Positions 1 through 14,803 of a stretch of DNA of 64,000 nt are shown piece after piece; within the stretch, counting starts at the first letter, position 1, and the number at the start of each line of letters is the position of its first letter. The position numbers were made by a program, and so were the translations under genes. Source of the stretch: the human T2T-CHM13v2.0 reference genome, Homo sapiens. The DNA lies in assembly GCF_009914755.1 (NCBI RefSeq), contig NC_060936.1. The stretch is one strand, 5' to 3'. The notes beneath the pieces are model-generated. The model made no database searches and was not told where the DNA came from. It was given only the letters and a program-made list of their open reading frames with translations.

Positions 1-960
<960 letters not shown>

Positions 961-1069
961 TTTTTTTCTATATGTATTAGAAAGCCACAAGACACAGCTA
1001 TTAATATTGCTTTAAACAGTCAGTATTCTATCCAGGCATTCATACATTTGCTCCATCTGGTCTCTTTGT

Positions 1070-1380
1070 TCTATTCTGTGGGTACTTGTTTCCATCTGGG
1101 ATTGACTTCCTGCAGCCTGGAGAGCTGCTTTAGTATTTCTTGTAGTGCAGACCTGCTGGTGGTGAGGAATTTCCTGAGCTTTTGTAGGTGCGAAAATACC
1201 TTTATTTTGCTACCATTTTTGAAAAATACTTTTATTGGAGACAGAATTGTAGGTGAGCAGATTCTTGGGTTTTGGTGTTTGGTTGGTTGTTTGGGGTTTG
1301 GGATTTTCATTTTTTAGCACTTTAAATATGTCATTCTGTTGTTTTATGTCTTTCATAATTTCTAAGCAGCACTCTTCACT
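1070..1380 (-). mobile_element. L1 ORF1 relic
   Basis: Translations NDIFKVLK and PIKVFFKNGSKIKVFSHLQKLRKFLTTSRSALQEILK resemble the L1 ORF1p C-terminus; frameshifted. Confidence 0.75.
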
Positions 1381-1609
1381 CTCTGAAATTTTAGTTCTTC
1401 TTTTGCTTCCATGGCTCTCCAGTGCCTTCGAAAATACGATCCTTGTAATCTTGCTGTTGCAATGAAAACAATAGGCTTTCACTAACTGCCACAACCTACT
1501 CAGAAATTGAAAACAAGCTTTAATTTGGGGCGGTTTCGAGCTAGGATATTTGCTTCCCTTCCTTCTTCTCTCCTTCCTTCCTTCTTTGTTTTGACTTTGA
1601 TATACTCAT

Positions 1610-2060
1610 TTATTTTTAATCAACTTTTTGAGGTGTAATTTACATATAACCAAATGCACACATTTTAAGTCTACAGTTCAATGAGATTTGACGATTGTAT
1701 GCACCCACGTAACCACCATCCTAATCAAGATATAGAGCATTTTTATAGTCCCCCAAAGACCTCTCATACCCATTTGAAGTCAATCCCCTCCTCCTACCCT
1801 AAAACCCAGGCAACTCCTCATCTATACTCTATCACTATAAGTTAATTTCTTTTTTTCTGTTTTCTAATTTCCTATAAATTGAATCACATAGTATATGCTC
1901 TTCTGTGTCTAGCTTCTTTCATCCAACATGTTTTTGAGACTCATCATGTTGTTGGACATATCAGTGGCCTGCTCTCTTTTATTACTGAATATGAATATAA
2001 CAGAGTTTATCCATTCACCTGTTGATGCACAGTTGGGTCAGTTCCAGTTTTTCTTTTAAA
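1610..2060 (-). mobile_element. L1M 3' end relic (L1MB/ME-like)
   Basis: tttttgaggtgtaatttacata...accaccatcctaatcaagatatagagcat is a typical antisense L1M 3' UTR. Confidence 0.8.
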
Positions 2061-2398
2061 AGTCTGAGAAGATAAAAGTAATTTGCCGGTGCATCTTATA
2101 ATTGATGCCCACACTGGTAACAGAGCACAGACTCCGCTGGGAACAGAGCACAGAGGAGATCCACGGGGCGATCTCCCTTTGGACAACCGCAAGCATGATG
2201 AGTGTTGCAGAAAGGCAAGCACAGGCTGTCACAGGAGCAAACAGCAGGAAGACCTTGTTTTGTCCAGGGATTCAGGAAAAGCTCCCTGAAAAAGCATTTG
2301 AGATGAGAGCCAAGGATGACTGGGAGTGAATGATGTGAAGATGGAGACAGGCTCTGAGGTGTATAGAAAACTCAGTGGACATGGAAGGCAGTTGGAAA

Positions 2399-2621
2399 TT
2401 AGTACATCACCGAGCATCTACACAGTGAGGCAGATGTTGTGATAGACACTTCTTAAAAATATTGTTCCATTTAATCCTCAGAACACCTGTGAGAAGTATA
2501 CTAAGCTCCATTTTATGAACGATGAATCAGATTCAAGGAAATGAGATAACGTGTCCCAGGTGACAGCATTAGTGGTCATAGCAGGATTCGAACCCAGCTC
2601 TATCTGGCCTCAAAACTCATG
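2399..2621 (+). repeat. Direct local duplication, copy 1 (MIR-derived)
   Basis: Aligns by eye to 3588-3816 with about 22 substitutions and 2 indels (~90% identity). Confidence 0.95.
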
Positions 2622-2989
2622 CTTCCTCCCTGTCCTGAGACGAGCCCTGGTTAGACTGATTGCAAAGGAGATGGAACAAAAGGGACAGATTCAAGAAGGA
2701 TCAACATGTTCCTGGCAGTAATGAACACTAAAAAAAAGTTCTATTTATTGAATGAATAAATATCCAAGGAAAGGAAATCCTTTAGCATATTGTCTGTGTT
2801 TCCTCGTTTGTATTTAGTTCATTGTTTAAATTAAAAATAAAGACACTGATGACTGACAAATTTATTAAATCCTATGCAGTCTACCTGGAAATTGTCACAT
2901 TATACAAATGTCAACTTTTGTGTGTGTGTGTGTGTTTTGTTTTGTTTTGCGGTCAGAGGCAAGGGCTAAAAGAAAGCAAGATCAGAGAA

Positions 2990-3150
2990 ATACCAAGAGG
3001 TGTTTACTGACTAAAGGGCAAAGGGATCTATCAGTTAACCAAAGCAAGATAAATAGAACTGCCAATTAACTTTATATTCTCAGAAGCAGTGAGCAAAGAA
3101 CGCTGCCTGAACAATGAAAGTGTTGCTGCAAGCTTTCATATTTGCTGTTG
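2990..3150. promoter_or_regulatory. Candidate endoderm/liver-type enhancer core
   Basis: Unique sequence with FOXA TGTTTAC 3001, HNF4-like DR1 AGGGCAAAGGGAT 3015, GATA AGATAA 3047, GAS TTCTCAGAA 3077, SOX AACAATG 3110 and FOXA TATTTGCT 3139. Motif evidence only. Confidence 0.4.
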
Positions 3151-3587
3151 TCTGCATGTAATTTGTTTCCTTTTACATAGAAATATGTGGTATTAACAGA
3201 GGGATGTGATTAGAATACCAGCGGAAGCTCTCTTTGATAGGAGACACACAGGCAGGTGCCTAACAGCCTATGGAGATCAGGACAGTTTCTCTCCAGTAAA
3301 CTCACAAATTGTGGGGACCATGATCTGCTTAATAAGTAAAAGGGCAATGGGGCCAAGATTACAATGTTGAAAACATCCAGGCTTCCCACCTGGAGTCCTG
3401 GCCTCACAGTAATAATAAGAATAAAGATGTATTGAGATATATCTAGACCTAACTATATAAATAGACAGATAGATATACACACATACACACACTGTGCTAA
3501 GATGCTTCACATGAACTCCCTCATTTCACCCTCAAACAACCACAGGGTAGATGGTTTATCACCGTTTTAGAGATAAGAAAACTCCAG

Positions 3588-3816
3588 TTAGTACGTCACT
3601 GAAGATCTACACAGTGACGTAGATGTTGTGATAGACATTTCTTAAAAATATTCCAATTAATCCTCAGAACACCTGTGAGAAGTATACTAAATATACTAAG
3701 CTCCATTTTATGAATGAGGAATCAGAGTCAAGGAGACGAGATAACATGTCCCAGGTGACGGTATTAGCGGTCATAGCAGGATTTGAGCCCAGCTCTGTCT
3801 GTCTTCAAAACTCATG
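3588..3816 (+). repeat. Direct local duplication, copy 2 (abuts another MIR at ~3490-3585)
   Basis: ~90% identical to 2399-2621; carries a 9-nt tandem insertion atatactaa. Confidence 0.95.
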
Positions 3817-4245
3817 TTTAGGAGACTCTTCTGCTTTCCACCAAAGCCCTTGATTTGAACCTTTGCTCTCTCCTGAATCCACACTTCTCCTGAAGGAGGA
3901 GCAAGGTGGAGATGGGATAGGGCACAGGATGGCTGACTCTCTGACTGGAGGGCCTAAGAAACCCCACTTTGACACACACACAGAAAACTGTGCCCTGGGT
4001 GGGGGTGTGGGGCTTCATGAGAAAATCAAGTAGCAAGAGAGAGTCTTAACATGCTTAGATGGCATGTGCCTGTTCTCCTGATTTAATGGATGAGAAAACT
4101 GAGATCCAGGGCAAGGGCAGTGAGATAGTGAGGGTCTCTTAGAATGAGTACAGCCTTCAGGGACCCACCCCATGTACCCGTGGGATCAAGACGAGCCAGA
4201 GGATACCTCCTAAGTAAGAACAGAAGGAACAGAAAACCCTTAAGG

Positions 4246-4624
<379 letters not shown>

Positions 4625-5039
4625 TAAAAAGTAGGTATGATTATTTCCTGCATTTTACAGCCAAAGAAACTGAAGCACAGAGAGATTAAGAGGACTTGTG
4701 CAAGGTCATGGAGGGCTATAGTCCTACCCTCTGAAGTAAGTTAAACCCTCTCCAGAAAAAGCCCTCGAGTCTCCTTTTCTTGTTCCTTCAAAGTCACTCA
4801 TAGCTTTCCTTCCCTACATGATAATTCCACCGCCTATATCCTCCAAGTCCCCCAAACTCTGCATTTGAAATATTATGGGATCTTCACATATTTATTTAAA
4901 AGTATAGAATAAGATATCTATTTTAGTGTTTGTGTGCCTGAGTTATGGAGGTCTGAGTCCCAGGTTTGCCCTTAGCTGTGACCTTGGGAAAGCTTAGTAC
5001 AATGTAGAGGTCAACATGACAGCTCTGCCCAAAAGTCCG

Positions 5040-5465
5040 TGAAGTGACAAACAGATAAACAAGATATAGCCTATCCATACAGTGGAATATTATTCAGTCA
5101 TGAGAAGGAATGAAATACTAATGCAACCTGCAACATGGAAGAACCTTGAAAACGTTATGCAAAATGAAAGAAGCTGGTCACAAAAGGATGCATATGACAT
5201 GATCCATTTTTATGAAAGTACAAACCAGGGAAATCTATAGAGACAGAAGGTAAATTTGGGGTTTCCAGGGGCTCAGAAGCCTGGGAGGATAATGGGGTAA
5301 TATATAAAGGGGTTTTTTTTTTTTTGAGCTGATGAAAAGTTTTCAGAATTGATCATGGTGATGGTTGCACATATCTGTGAGTCTCTTAAAAACTTTTGAA
5401 CTGTACACTTTAAATGGGTGAATTGTATTGTGTGTGAATTATATGTCAATAAATCTGTTTTTCTG
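5040..5465 (+). mobile_element. L1M 3' end (L1MB-like)
   Basis: atccatacagtggaatattattcag...ctgtacactttaaatgggtgaattgta...aataaa. Confidence 0.85.
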
Positions 5466-5675
5466 AAGAAAAAAAGAAGAACAAGAAGAAGGAGGAGGGG
5501 GAGGAGGAGGGAAGGGGGAGGAGGAGAAGGAAAGAAGGAAGAAGGAAGAAGAGAGGAGAAGAAAAGAAGGAGGAGGAGGAAGGGGAGGAGGAGAAAAAGG
5601 AGGGGGAAGGGCAGGAGGAGGAGGGGGAGGAAGAGGAGGAGGAGGAGGGGGAGGAGAAGATAGAAAAGAAGAAGA
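5465..5675 (+). repeat. Polypurine (GGA/GAA)n low-complexity tract
   Basis: About 210 nt, almost entirely A/G, directly after the L1 3' end. Confidence 0.95.
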
Positions 5676-5989
5676 CGGCTCTGATGAAAGAATTCCTGGG
5701 TTCAAGCCATAGAGCTGCCATTTTATAGCTGTACAACCTTGAGCTACTGGCCCAAACCTCATTTTTCTTGTCTAATAAATATTAGCTGAGAATGATAGTA
5801 AATGATATTAAAATGTTTAGCAATCAGTATGGCTAGGACACCGGACCCGCCATTAACTCTTTTGTGGCTGGATCATGTGAAAGTCCAAGGAGCTTGCTGG
5901 AGAGGGACTGGAGTGGTCAGGGGAACACAGGGCGGTACTCTCGGCCTCACAATAAAGAATTACGCCTTCCGACTTCTGAGCTGAGAATT

Positions 5990-6330
5990 TGCAACCATGG
6001 GGGAAACCATCTGAAATTGGGTTTGTCATCAGCAGCTTCTAAAGGTTGTACCAGTGGCCTCAACTTTCAAATACATGCCCTTTTGCCCTCAGCACCATTT
6101 TGCAGTGCAGCTATTTCCATGTAATTAACACAGGTTCATGAATGTGCCCACCTTGGGTTTCCATGACAATCCCTGCTCGTAATTAACGTGGCCCGGTTGC
6201 ATCTCTGTGCTTCGGTTCAGGCCAACCTCCACTTAGTCGCCACTTTATCTGTAATACCCCAAATTTAATTGGTGCTAATTATTTCTCTTTCTATGCTGGT
6301 GATAACCTGATCGTTTCGTAGTTCTTTTTC
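5990..6330. promoter_or_regulatory. Candidate conserved non-coding element (homeodomain + RFX motifs)
   Basis: GTAATTAAC at 6121 and 6179, further TAATT sites at ~6266-6281, X-box-like GTTTCCATGACAAT 6157-6170; no repeat recognised. Confidence 0.4.
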
Positions 6331-6949
6331 CCCTTTCCTCTTGTTTTTCTGAACTAACATCTAGAGAGGATGAAGAAAGAGGAATGGGTGGGGACAGACA
6401 ATGCCTATTCTCTTTGGTGACAGAGGAAGAATTGTGGAAAGATAAGAGTCTCAATATCCAACCACACAGTGAGGTCTCAGCTGGTAGAACTCAAGGCTGC
6501 AGAACTAGGGATACAGGAGGTAAAAGCAGGCAGGCAGGTTGGTACAAGAGAAGAAAATAACACAAGCATGACCTTATACGAGGCCTTCCTTTCCTGTGCT
6601 GGAGGAATGAATGCTAAATCCAGGCCTGAGAAGTAGCCATATTTGGAGAGAAAGACGCTCGCAATGTAGGTTTTAAAAAGATTTACAAGGCACAAAGCAC
6701 CAAGCTCATCTCCAAGGAAGTCTCCCCTTTCAGCCCAGAAAAGGGTGAACACTGCAAGTGGAGAGCTGACAAACAGCATTCCTGGGGGATGGGGGAAGCT
6801 TTCTAGTTTTATTGGGTTAGAAAAAACACTTGTATTGCATTAAATTTCTTAAATCTGCAGAGTGCCAGAGATTCAGAGGGCTGCAGAACTTTAAAGCCCA
6901 CTGAATCCTTGAAAGCTAATGTAAGCTCCCTGGAAATCATCTTGCCAGA

Positions 6950-7262
6950 GAAACACTGATGCATAGTGGTTAAGAATATGGACTTGCTCACTAGCTGTGC
7001 AGCCATAGGCAAGTTACTTTGCCTCTCTGAGCCCCACAGTCTCCATCTACAAATGGAGAAAATAATAATACTTAGCTCGTGGAGCTGTTGGGAGGATGTT
7101 AGGAGGATGTAATTAGCTCGTGGGGTTGTTAGGAGGTTAATGTGTTGAAGCAGCATCCCGTATGTTGTGTTTGTTAATTACTATTGCCTGCTGCCTCCCA
7201 GTACCTAGCACGGGGCCTGGCATGGAGCAGGTGCCAGTAAATGGTTGTTGAATGAATGAATG
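6950..7262 (+). mobile_element. MIR followed by L2 3' end
   Basis: MIR core ggcaagttactttgcctctctgagcc; L2 tail cctagcac...gttgaatgaatgaat. Confidence 0.75.
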
Positions 7263-8157
7263 TGGTGAAATGGGGGTTCAGAGGCTTGCCAAGGGCATCA
7301 GTAAGTGCCTCAATTATTCAGAATTTTGCCTTTCAATCCACCACCTAAAATCAGGGATTTCAAATGTAAATGTCTTCAAGACCCAGGCAGGAAATACAAA
7401 TGAGTAAATTCAGCTTGGGGATAAGGACGTATACCTCCCTATCAAACACAAGAAGAGACCAGGCCAGACCAGCTTTGAGGCCGCTTCAGGAAAGGTGGTC
7501 ACTTAACGTGTTCCAACATGCCTGAACCTGTCCAACGCCTGATTCAGTCCCATAAGCCCAACCCTGCACTTAGACAATTCCAAACAACACAATCCATTTT
7601 AAAGTTCCATTTCTCTCCAACCCACAGAATCCATAATGAATTAAGGAAAGCATATCAAATATAATCATGCACTATTGTTAAGTTCTTGGCAAAGTTGCCA
7701 AATGTCAGGCAGACAGTGCGCCCCGTGGTGCATTCCACATCCGGGACTATGGCTTAAGTTGTCATGATAATGAATTGCCGTGCTCACTTAGGCTTGGGAA
7801 TAGATCCAGAATATCATGTCGAGTTGAGAAAAGAAGTGCCTCGCAAAGGTGACACCTTATACCTCATTTGCAAGGCAACAATCCCAAACACACATCACAG
7901 GTATGGATGGATGAGAGAAGGTTATTTTCAACACAGCTCTTTAAAACTGTACTTGAGGGCCTGAAGTCTATGTGAAGGGGTCACGTGGATGGAGCAGTCC
8001 ACTCCTCCCTGCTCATCTCAGGAACAGCTCTGACATCTCACCAACAACCTAGGCCTTGAAGGCTGAAATGCAGAAGTTCAGTAATAATTTAAGCCTGGAA
8101 CTGGTGGGGGCATTCATCAAAAACACTTACTCTTCAACAGTTTGGTTTAGAATATGA

Positions 8158-8478
<321 letters not shown>

Positions 8479-9319
8479 TCACCCTGGGCCCTGGACCCTA
8501 ATGCCTCAGCGATTGGATGGGTTGGTTCTCTCTACCTGATTCCATTTCTTGAGACAGCCTTGTGTTTCTTCATTAAACCACCATCACTGGGGACTTGATT
8601 CCTTCTATAGGAGAACAAGATCAGATCATGACATTGTGTCTCCATCAGCAAAATAGATACTTGAGATAATTAATAAAAAATGCAAGACACTGCCCCCACC
8701 CCAAGTGGTACCCATGTTCAATAGGAGAGAGGGGAGGAAGGGCTTAAAGCCAGAAAACTTCAGGGATTTTTCTCCAGAGCCCAAATCTCATAGTTCCCAA
8801 CCTATTCCCAAGGCCTGGATAGAGCAGTGGCTCAATAAATAGTTGTGGAATGAATGAGTGAATGAATGAAATGAATGAGTGAATGAATGACTCGGTCTGC
8901 TTTGTGTCAGAAAAAAACAACTACCCTTATAGTCAGAGCTGGGTTAGAATCCCATGTCTACCGCTTAAAAGCCATCAAATCTTGGTCAAGACACTTCTCT
9001 TTTCTGAGCCTGAGGTTTTCCCATTGGTGGGATCTCAGAAGCGCTCCCAAGTTGCTGTTTCAATTTTCTAAAACAAACCACAGCATCCATCCAGTTCTCC
9101 AGGCAGCTGTGTTTCCTAACCCCAGAGTTGTTCATTTCTTTAGGAATAGGCTTTTCTCCGGGCTTCAAGAAACAAACCAGCTTGGAATTCTTCCTGCAGA
9201 GCCTGGCCAGGAATTCCCCTCCCTGGCTCTGGGAAGAGCCCATCCACTAGAGCCTACATCCATTATTAAAAGGGGCTTGTGCTGAGTCTCTGTGATGATG
9301 CCACCTAAGGACTCTCTCA

Positions 9320-9736
<417 letters not shown>

Positions 9737-10759
9737 CTAGGCTTCTCTACTTAATGGCTGTGCCACTTTGCCTCTCTGAGCTCTCATCTGCAAAACTGGG
9801 GCATAATGTCAATCTTTCAAGAGACTGTGAGGTTTAGAGCTGATGTATAGAACCCTAGTAACTAGGAACCACCCTCCCATAGCGTGGCTTCCAGGGTCCC
9901 AGGGTAACATAAATCAAGACAGAGACAATCACTGGGCAAAATCTCAGAGATTTGATTGACACATAAAAATCCCCCACATTATGGAAGTCAGGCAGTGCCA
10001 TAGTCCAAAGCTGCTTCTGGAAAATGCTTCAGTGTTCAGCCTCCACCTACGAATCCCCACTCAGAGAGATATCTCGGTGCTTGAGTCCCCCCGCCTTATC
10101 AGCAGGCATGACATAGATTTCACACAACACCTGGGCCCTAGAGATGGTTGCATAACCCACTAAACAAGCCACAATGCCTGGGCCTTAGAGGTTGCTACAC
10201 ACGCCATGGTGACATGCAGCGTAATTTTAAATGGACAGTCACTTTCACTCTTCCTTGTTTATGATGTGTTCATTTCAATAGTGCATTAGGAAAACTCTAA
10301 CAAGGCTTTTCAAAAGCATAATGTCGTGGATATTATTGCTTAGGAGAGAACTAAAGTAGATACTTAAGGTTTTTTGTTTAACGTTACTGTAAAGAAAAAT
10401 ATTAATAGTAAAAGTGGCAGTGCATGAGTACCACAATAGATTATGATGATTGTAAGTGAAAGTTTGAATTTTGGAAAACGTGGAATCAGGAGGAGGGGGC
10501 AATGTCAGGTTTAAGCTGCAGAGTGGGTGGCGTCTCCTTTACAAAGTACTGAAATGCAGTCAAGCTGACTGACCTGGATCTAACCCTGGAGCAACTTCAA
10601 CTTCCTGATGCTAAATGGGGAGCTCAGAATATAACTCCAATTCCCTTACAGTCATAAAATGCCTAGCACATAGCATTTACTCAATAAATAATCTGTGATT
10701 CTTTTGGTGGTGCTTAAGAGAACACTGATTGACCTAAAGAAAAGCTGGCTCCAATCACT

Positions 10760-11850
10760 CTAAACCCCACCGGCAGCTATGTGACTCTGAGCCAGTTACT
10801 TAACCTCTCTGAGCCTCAGTTTCCTCATTTGCAAATAGGGGTTTTCATCAGTCCAACCCTGCTTATCACAATTGAGGCACTGTCAATAGAAGCTTGCTGC
10901 CAAACCACTTACTACATGCCTCTGAGTGTAGGACCATGTCTGTCACCGTGGTGAGCAATTTCAGCAAAGAGGAGCAGCGTGGTGGACTTGAAACTGCACT
11001 GGTGAAAGTTTATGCTTTAGTTTTGCCACCAAAAATCTGTGCAAACTTAGGCAAGATACTTTCTCTCCGGGGTGGGGGGGGGGTCTCAGTTCCCTTATCT
11101 GTAAAATGAGATGGGGGGCGTCCCCCTTCATTTCCACAAGTTCTCATTAATGGAAGCTTGGCTTAGCCTCTTTTCTAGCCATCCAGATGTTTCTAAAATA
11201 CACCACTTCTGACATGGCAGAGACCAAACATGTGGATGATTGACTACATTTTTCACGTTTCATTTGTTATCTAGACAGGCTTTAAGTACATGGATAATGA
11301 ACCTGGAATTTCAAATGAACTTGAGCCAATTCCTTTCTCACTCTCTCTTTGAGGCAAGAAAGGTTTCTTTGAAGGAAATGAAGAGAACTTTATCTTTTTT
11401 TTTTTTTCTGCTCCTGACAGAACACCAGCTCTTGCCCAGGGGCTGAGTAGTAGGAAGCCAACTTGCCAGAGGGAGAAAACCTATGCTGAAGAGGCAGTTT
11501 TCTGTGCTGGTTAGGTACACAGACTTTGAAATTCCAAAAGCTCTGGGTTCTAATCCCAGCTCTGCCACTTAATGGCTGTTAGACTTTCATCTAGAGACTT
11601 AAGATCTGAGGGCCTTCTCGTCCTTAGATGGATAATAATACCTTTGTCACTGGGTTATTGTGAGGATTAAATAGATTAAAATATTAAATATAATGTATTA
11701 CACCACTCATCCATGGCAGCCATGAAGAAATTACCTATAAGGGTCAATGCTATTACTCTCCTCCTTTTTAAAGATGAGAAAACTAAAGCACAGAGAAGTT
11801 AACTGACTTGCTCAACTTCAGAGGTAGTAAGTATGAAGCTAGGAAAGGAA
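10760..11850. mobile_element. Cluster of MIR fragments (approximately 10760-10850, 10970-11110, 11500-11700, 11730-11850)
   Basis: Repeated MIR core motifs (ctctgagcctcagtttcctcatttgcaaat; gatgagaaaactaaagcacagagaagttaa). Confidence 0.7.
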
Positions 11851-11939
11851 ACCTTATAGAAATAATAAAGACAAATACATAGATAGTTGCAATCTGGACG
11901 GGAAAGGGTATGATGAGAGATGCTATAGAGGGGTGGTGG

Positions 11940-12575
11940 TGTTCCTGGAAAGGGGTCTTGATCGAGACCCCAAGAGAGGATTCTTGGACCGCACATAAGA
12001 AAGAATACGGGGCAAGTCCATAGAGTAAAGTGAAACCAAGTTTATTAGAGAAGTAAAGAAACAAAAGAATGGCTACTCCATAGGCAGAGCAGTGTGCATG
12101 GGCTGCTTAACTGAGTGTATTTATAGTTAGTTCTTGATTATATGCTAAACAAGGGGTGGGTTTTTCATGAGTTTTCTGGGAAAGGGGCAGGCAATTCCCA
12201 GAACTGAGGGTTCCTCCTCCTTTTAGACCATATAAGGGTCATTTCTGGTTGTTGCCTTGGCATTTGTAAACTGTCCTGGCGCTGGTGGGAGTGTCTTTTA
12301 GCATAATGCATTAAAATTATGAGCAGTGAGGACGACTAGAGGTTACTGTCATTGCCATCTTGGTTTTGGTGGGTTTTGGCTGGCTTCCTTACCGCATACT
12401 GTATTATCGGCAGGGTCTTTGTGACCCATATCTTGTGATACCAGTCCTGCCAACCGCCTATCTTTCTGTGACTAGGAATGCCTAGCCTCCTGGGAATGCA
12501 GCCCAGTTGGTCTCAGCCTCATTTTACCCAGTCCCTATTCAAAATAGAGTTGCTCTGTTTCCAGCGCCTCTGACA
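11940..12575 (-). mobile_element. MER41B solo LTR (ERV1)
   Basis: TG...CA termini; MER41 ends (ggaaaggggtc...accccaagagagg and gttgctctg...gcctctgaca); 636 bp; 4-bp TSD GTGG; tandem GAS sites. Confidence 0.88.
12174..12203. promoter_or_regulatory. Tandem STAT GAS elements in MER41B
   Basis: TTCTGGGAA 12174-12182 and TTCCCAGAA 12195-12203, both perfect TTCN3GAA, offset by 21 bp. Confidence 0.75.
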
Positions 12576-12634
12576 GTGGGGTTTAGGGACAACGTGTCTT
12601 AAGAATGTATCCATATGGACAGAAACTTTTGCCC

Positions 12635-12851
12635 CATTGATGTGCTGGTAAATGTTTAACAACCAGCTTTCTGGAAAAAACAAACAAGCAAGCAAAAAAC
12701 CCTAATTTGCAATGTTTGTTTGCCAGTTTCCGTGGTGTAAATATTCCCACTGTGGCCAATTTCAAGCTATCGATCACTGAACAAAGAATTGGGAAGCAGA
12801 TGCATACAATCAGCTCTCATGCAATCACCCTCACCAGCTAGTACACCATTG
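12635..12851. mobile_element. MER63-like hAT DNA transposon relic
   Basis: tgtgctggtaaatgtttaacaacc...ggtgtaaatattcccac; an oppositely oriented relative lies at ~17635-17835. Confidence 0.6.
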
Positions 12852-13683
12852 CTTTCTCCGCACTGGACTTGAAAGATCCCCCTGAGCTGTCTTTGCTGGG
12901 CCACATCCCTCCACCCTACCTACTGACCCATCAGAGAATGTCCCCATACAAATAAAATGTGTCCATGAGCCCCTCCCCCCAACTGTCTCTCTATGAATAG
13001 CTCACTGATGGCTGTGTTTTACTTAATCAATCAAAATAATGGGGTGTGGAGTCAGGGACTGAGAGACCAGAGTCCTTCGTCCACCTAAACTGCTCCCTGT
13101 ATATGACAAAGACAGTTTTCAGCAGAATGAACAGAAATAGAGCCGTGGAGGGAAGTGGCTTGGATGTCATGAAAATTTCATGTGTTTCTGATGCATGCAG
13201 GATGCAATGTGGGGAAGTGGGTGAGCCAGAAGGCCCTGGGGACAGTTTTCGAAATGAATCAAGTCCTCAGCTTCTTCCTGCAACAACCAGCCCCTCCCTT
13301 GAAGCTCTTAGTATAAAGTCTGACAAACGTGGAGCCACCTAATCAACTTGCCCGTTGTCTCTTTAAAAGACCTCCTCTCCTGACTTTCCTCTGGTGAAAA
13401 GAGCAGAGTGGTAATCAGACAGAAAGGTCACATTATACCAAGAAATGTGGCTGTTGGAAGAGAGCCCACACACCCACGCCCATCTGGATTTGTGTGTTGG
13501 ACACGTTTTCTTCTTGTATTTCATTAATAACAAAGAAAGCATGGCCACCTTCAGAAAAACGCACTTGCTAATACCCCAGTGAAGCTTAGCCCACTCAATT
13601 GGAACAGCAGAGGCAACCCTCTCTGAGCTGAAGATTGGGGTTTGCCAAAAACTGCCTTACACTACAAGGCTCATCCTTGATCA

Positions 13684-14076
<393 letters not shown>

Positions 14077-14380
14077 CTAAGTACACAGTGGTAATCTCAG
14101 GATGCTGGCTTCGTCTGGTTCATTCCCAAACCTCCCTTAGGCTCCTATATCCTTTAAACAGTGTGCCCCTATATATTTCCAACAGAGTGGCTACTTTATA
14201 GGCAATGGTATAAGTAGTTGGGGCTGGGGTCATTTACCCATTTTGGAATATTGGGGGATGTTCTGTAGCTGCAGGGATTTAGGGCTAGAGAAAGGCCTTG
14301 TCTTTCTCTGGGCTGGATAGTATTTGCAAGCTTCCACTAGACAATGTGGATGGAGACTAAGCCCTCAATATTCCAACTCA

Positions 14381-14803
<423 letters not shown>

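Noticed and set aside
2583-2600. tRNA B-box-like ggattcgaaccc
   Set aside because: It is the tRNA-derived head of an antisense MIR; there is no cloverleaf.
5418-5762. Arg/Glu- or Pro/Ser-rich ORFs
   Set aside because: Translation of the polypurine tract.
8848-8890. (GAAT)n runs (also at 7250, 20017, 23496, 27930)
   Set aside because: Ordinary L2 3' tails.
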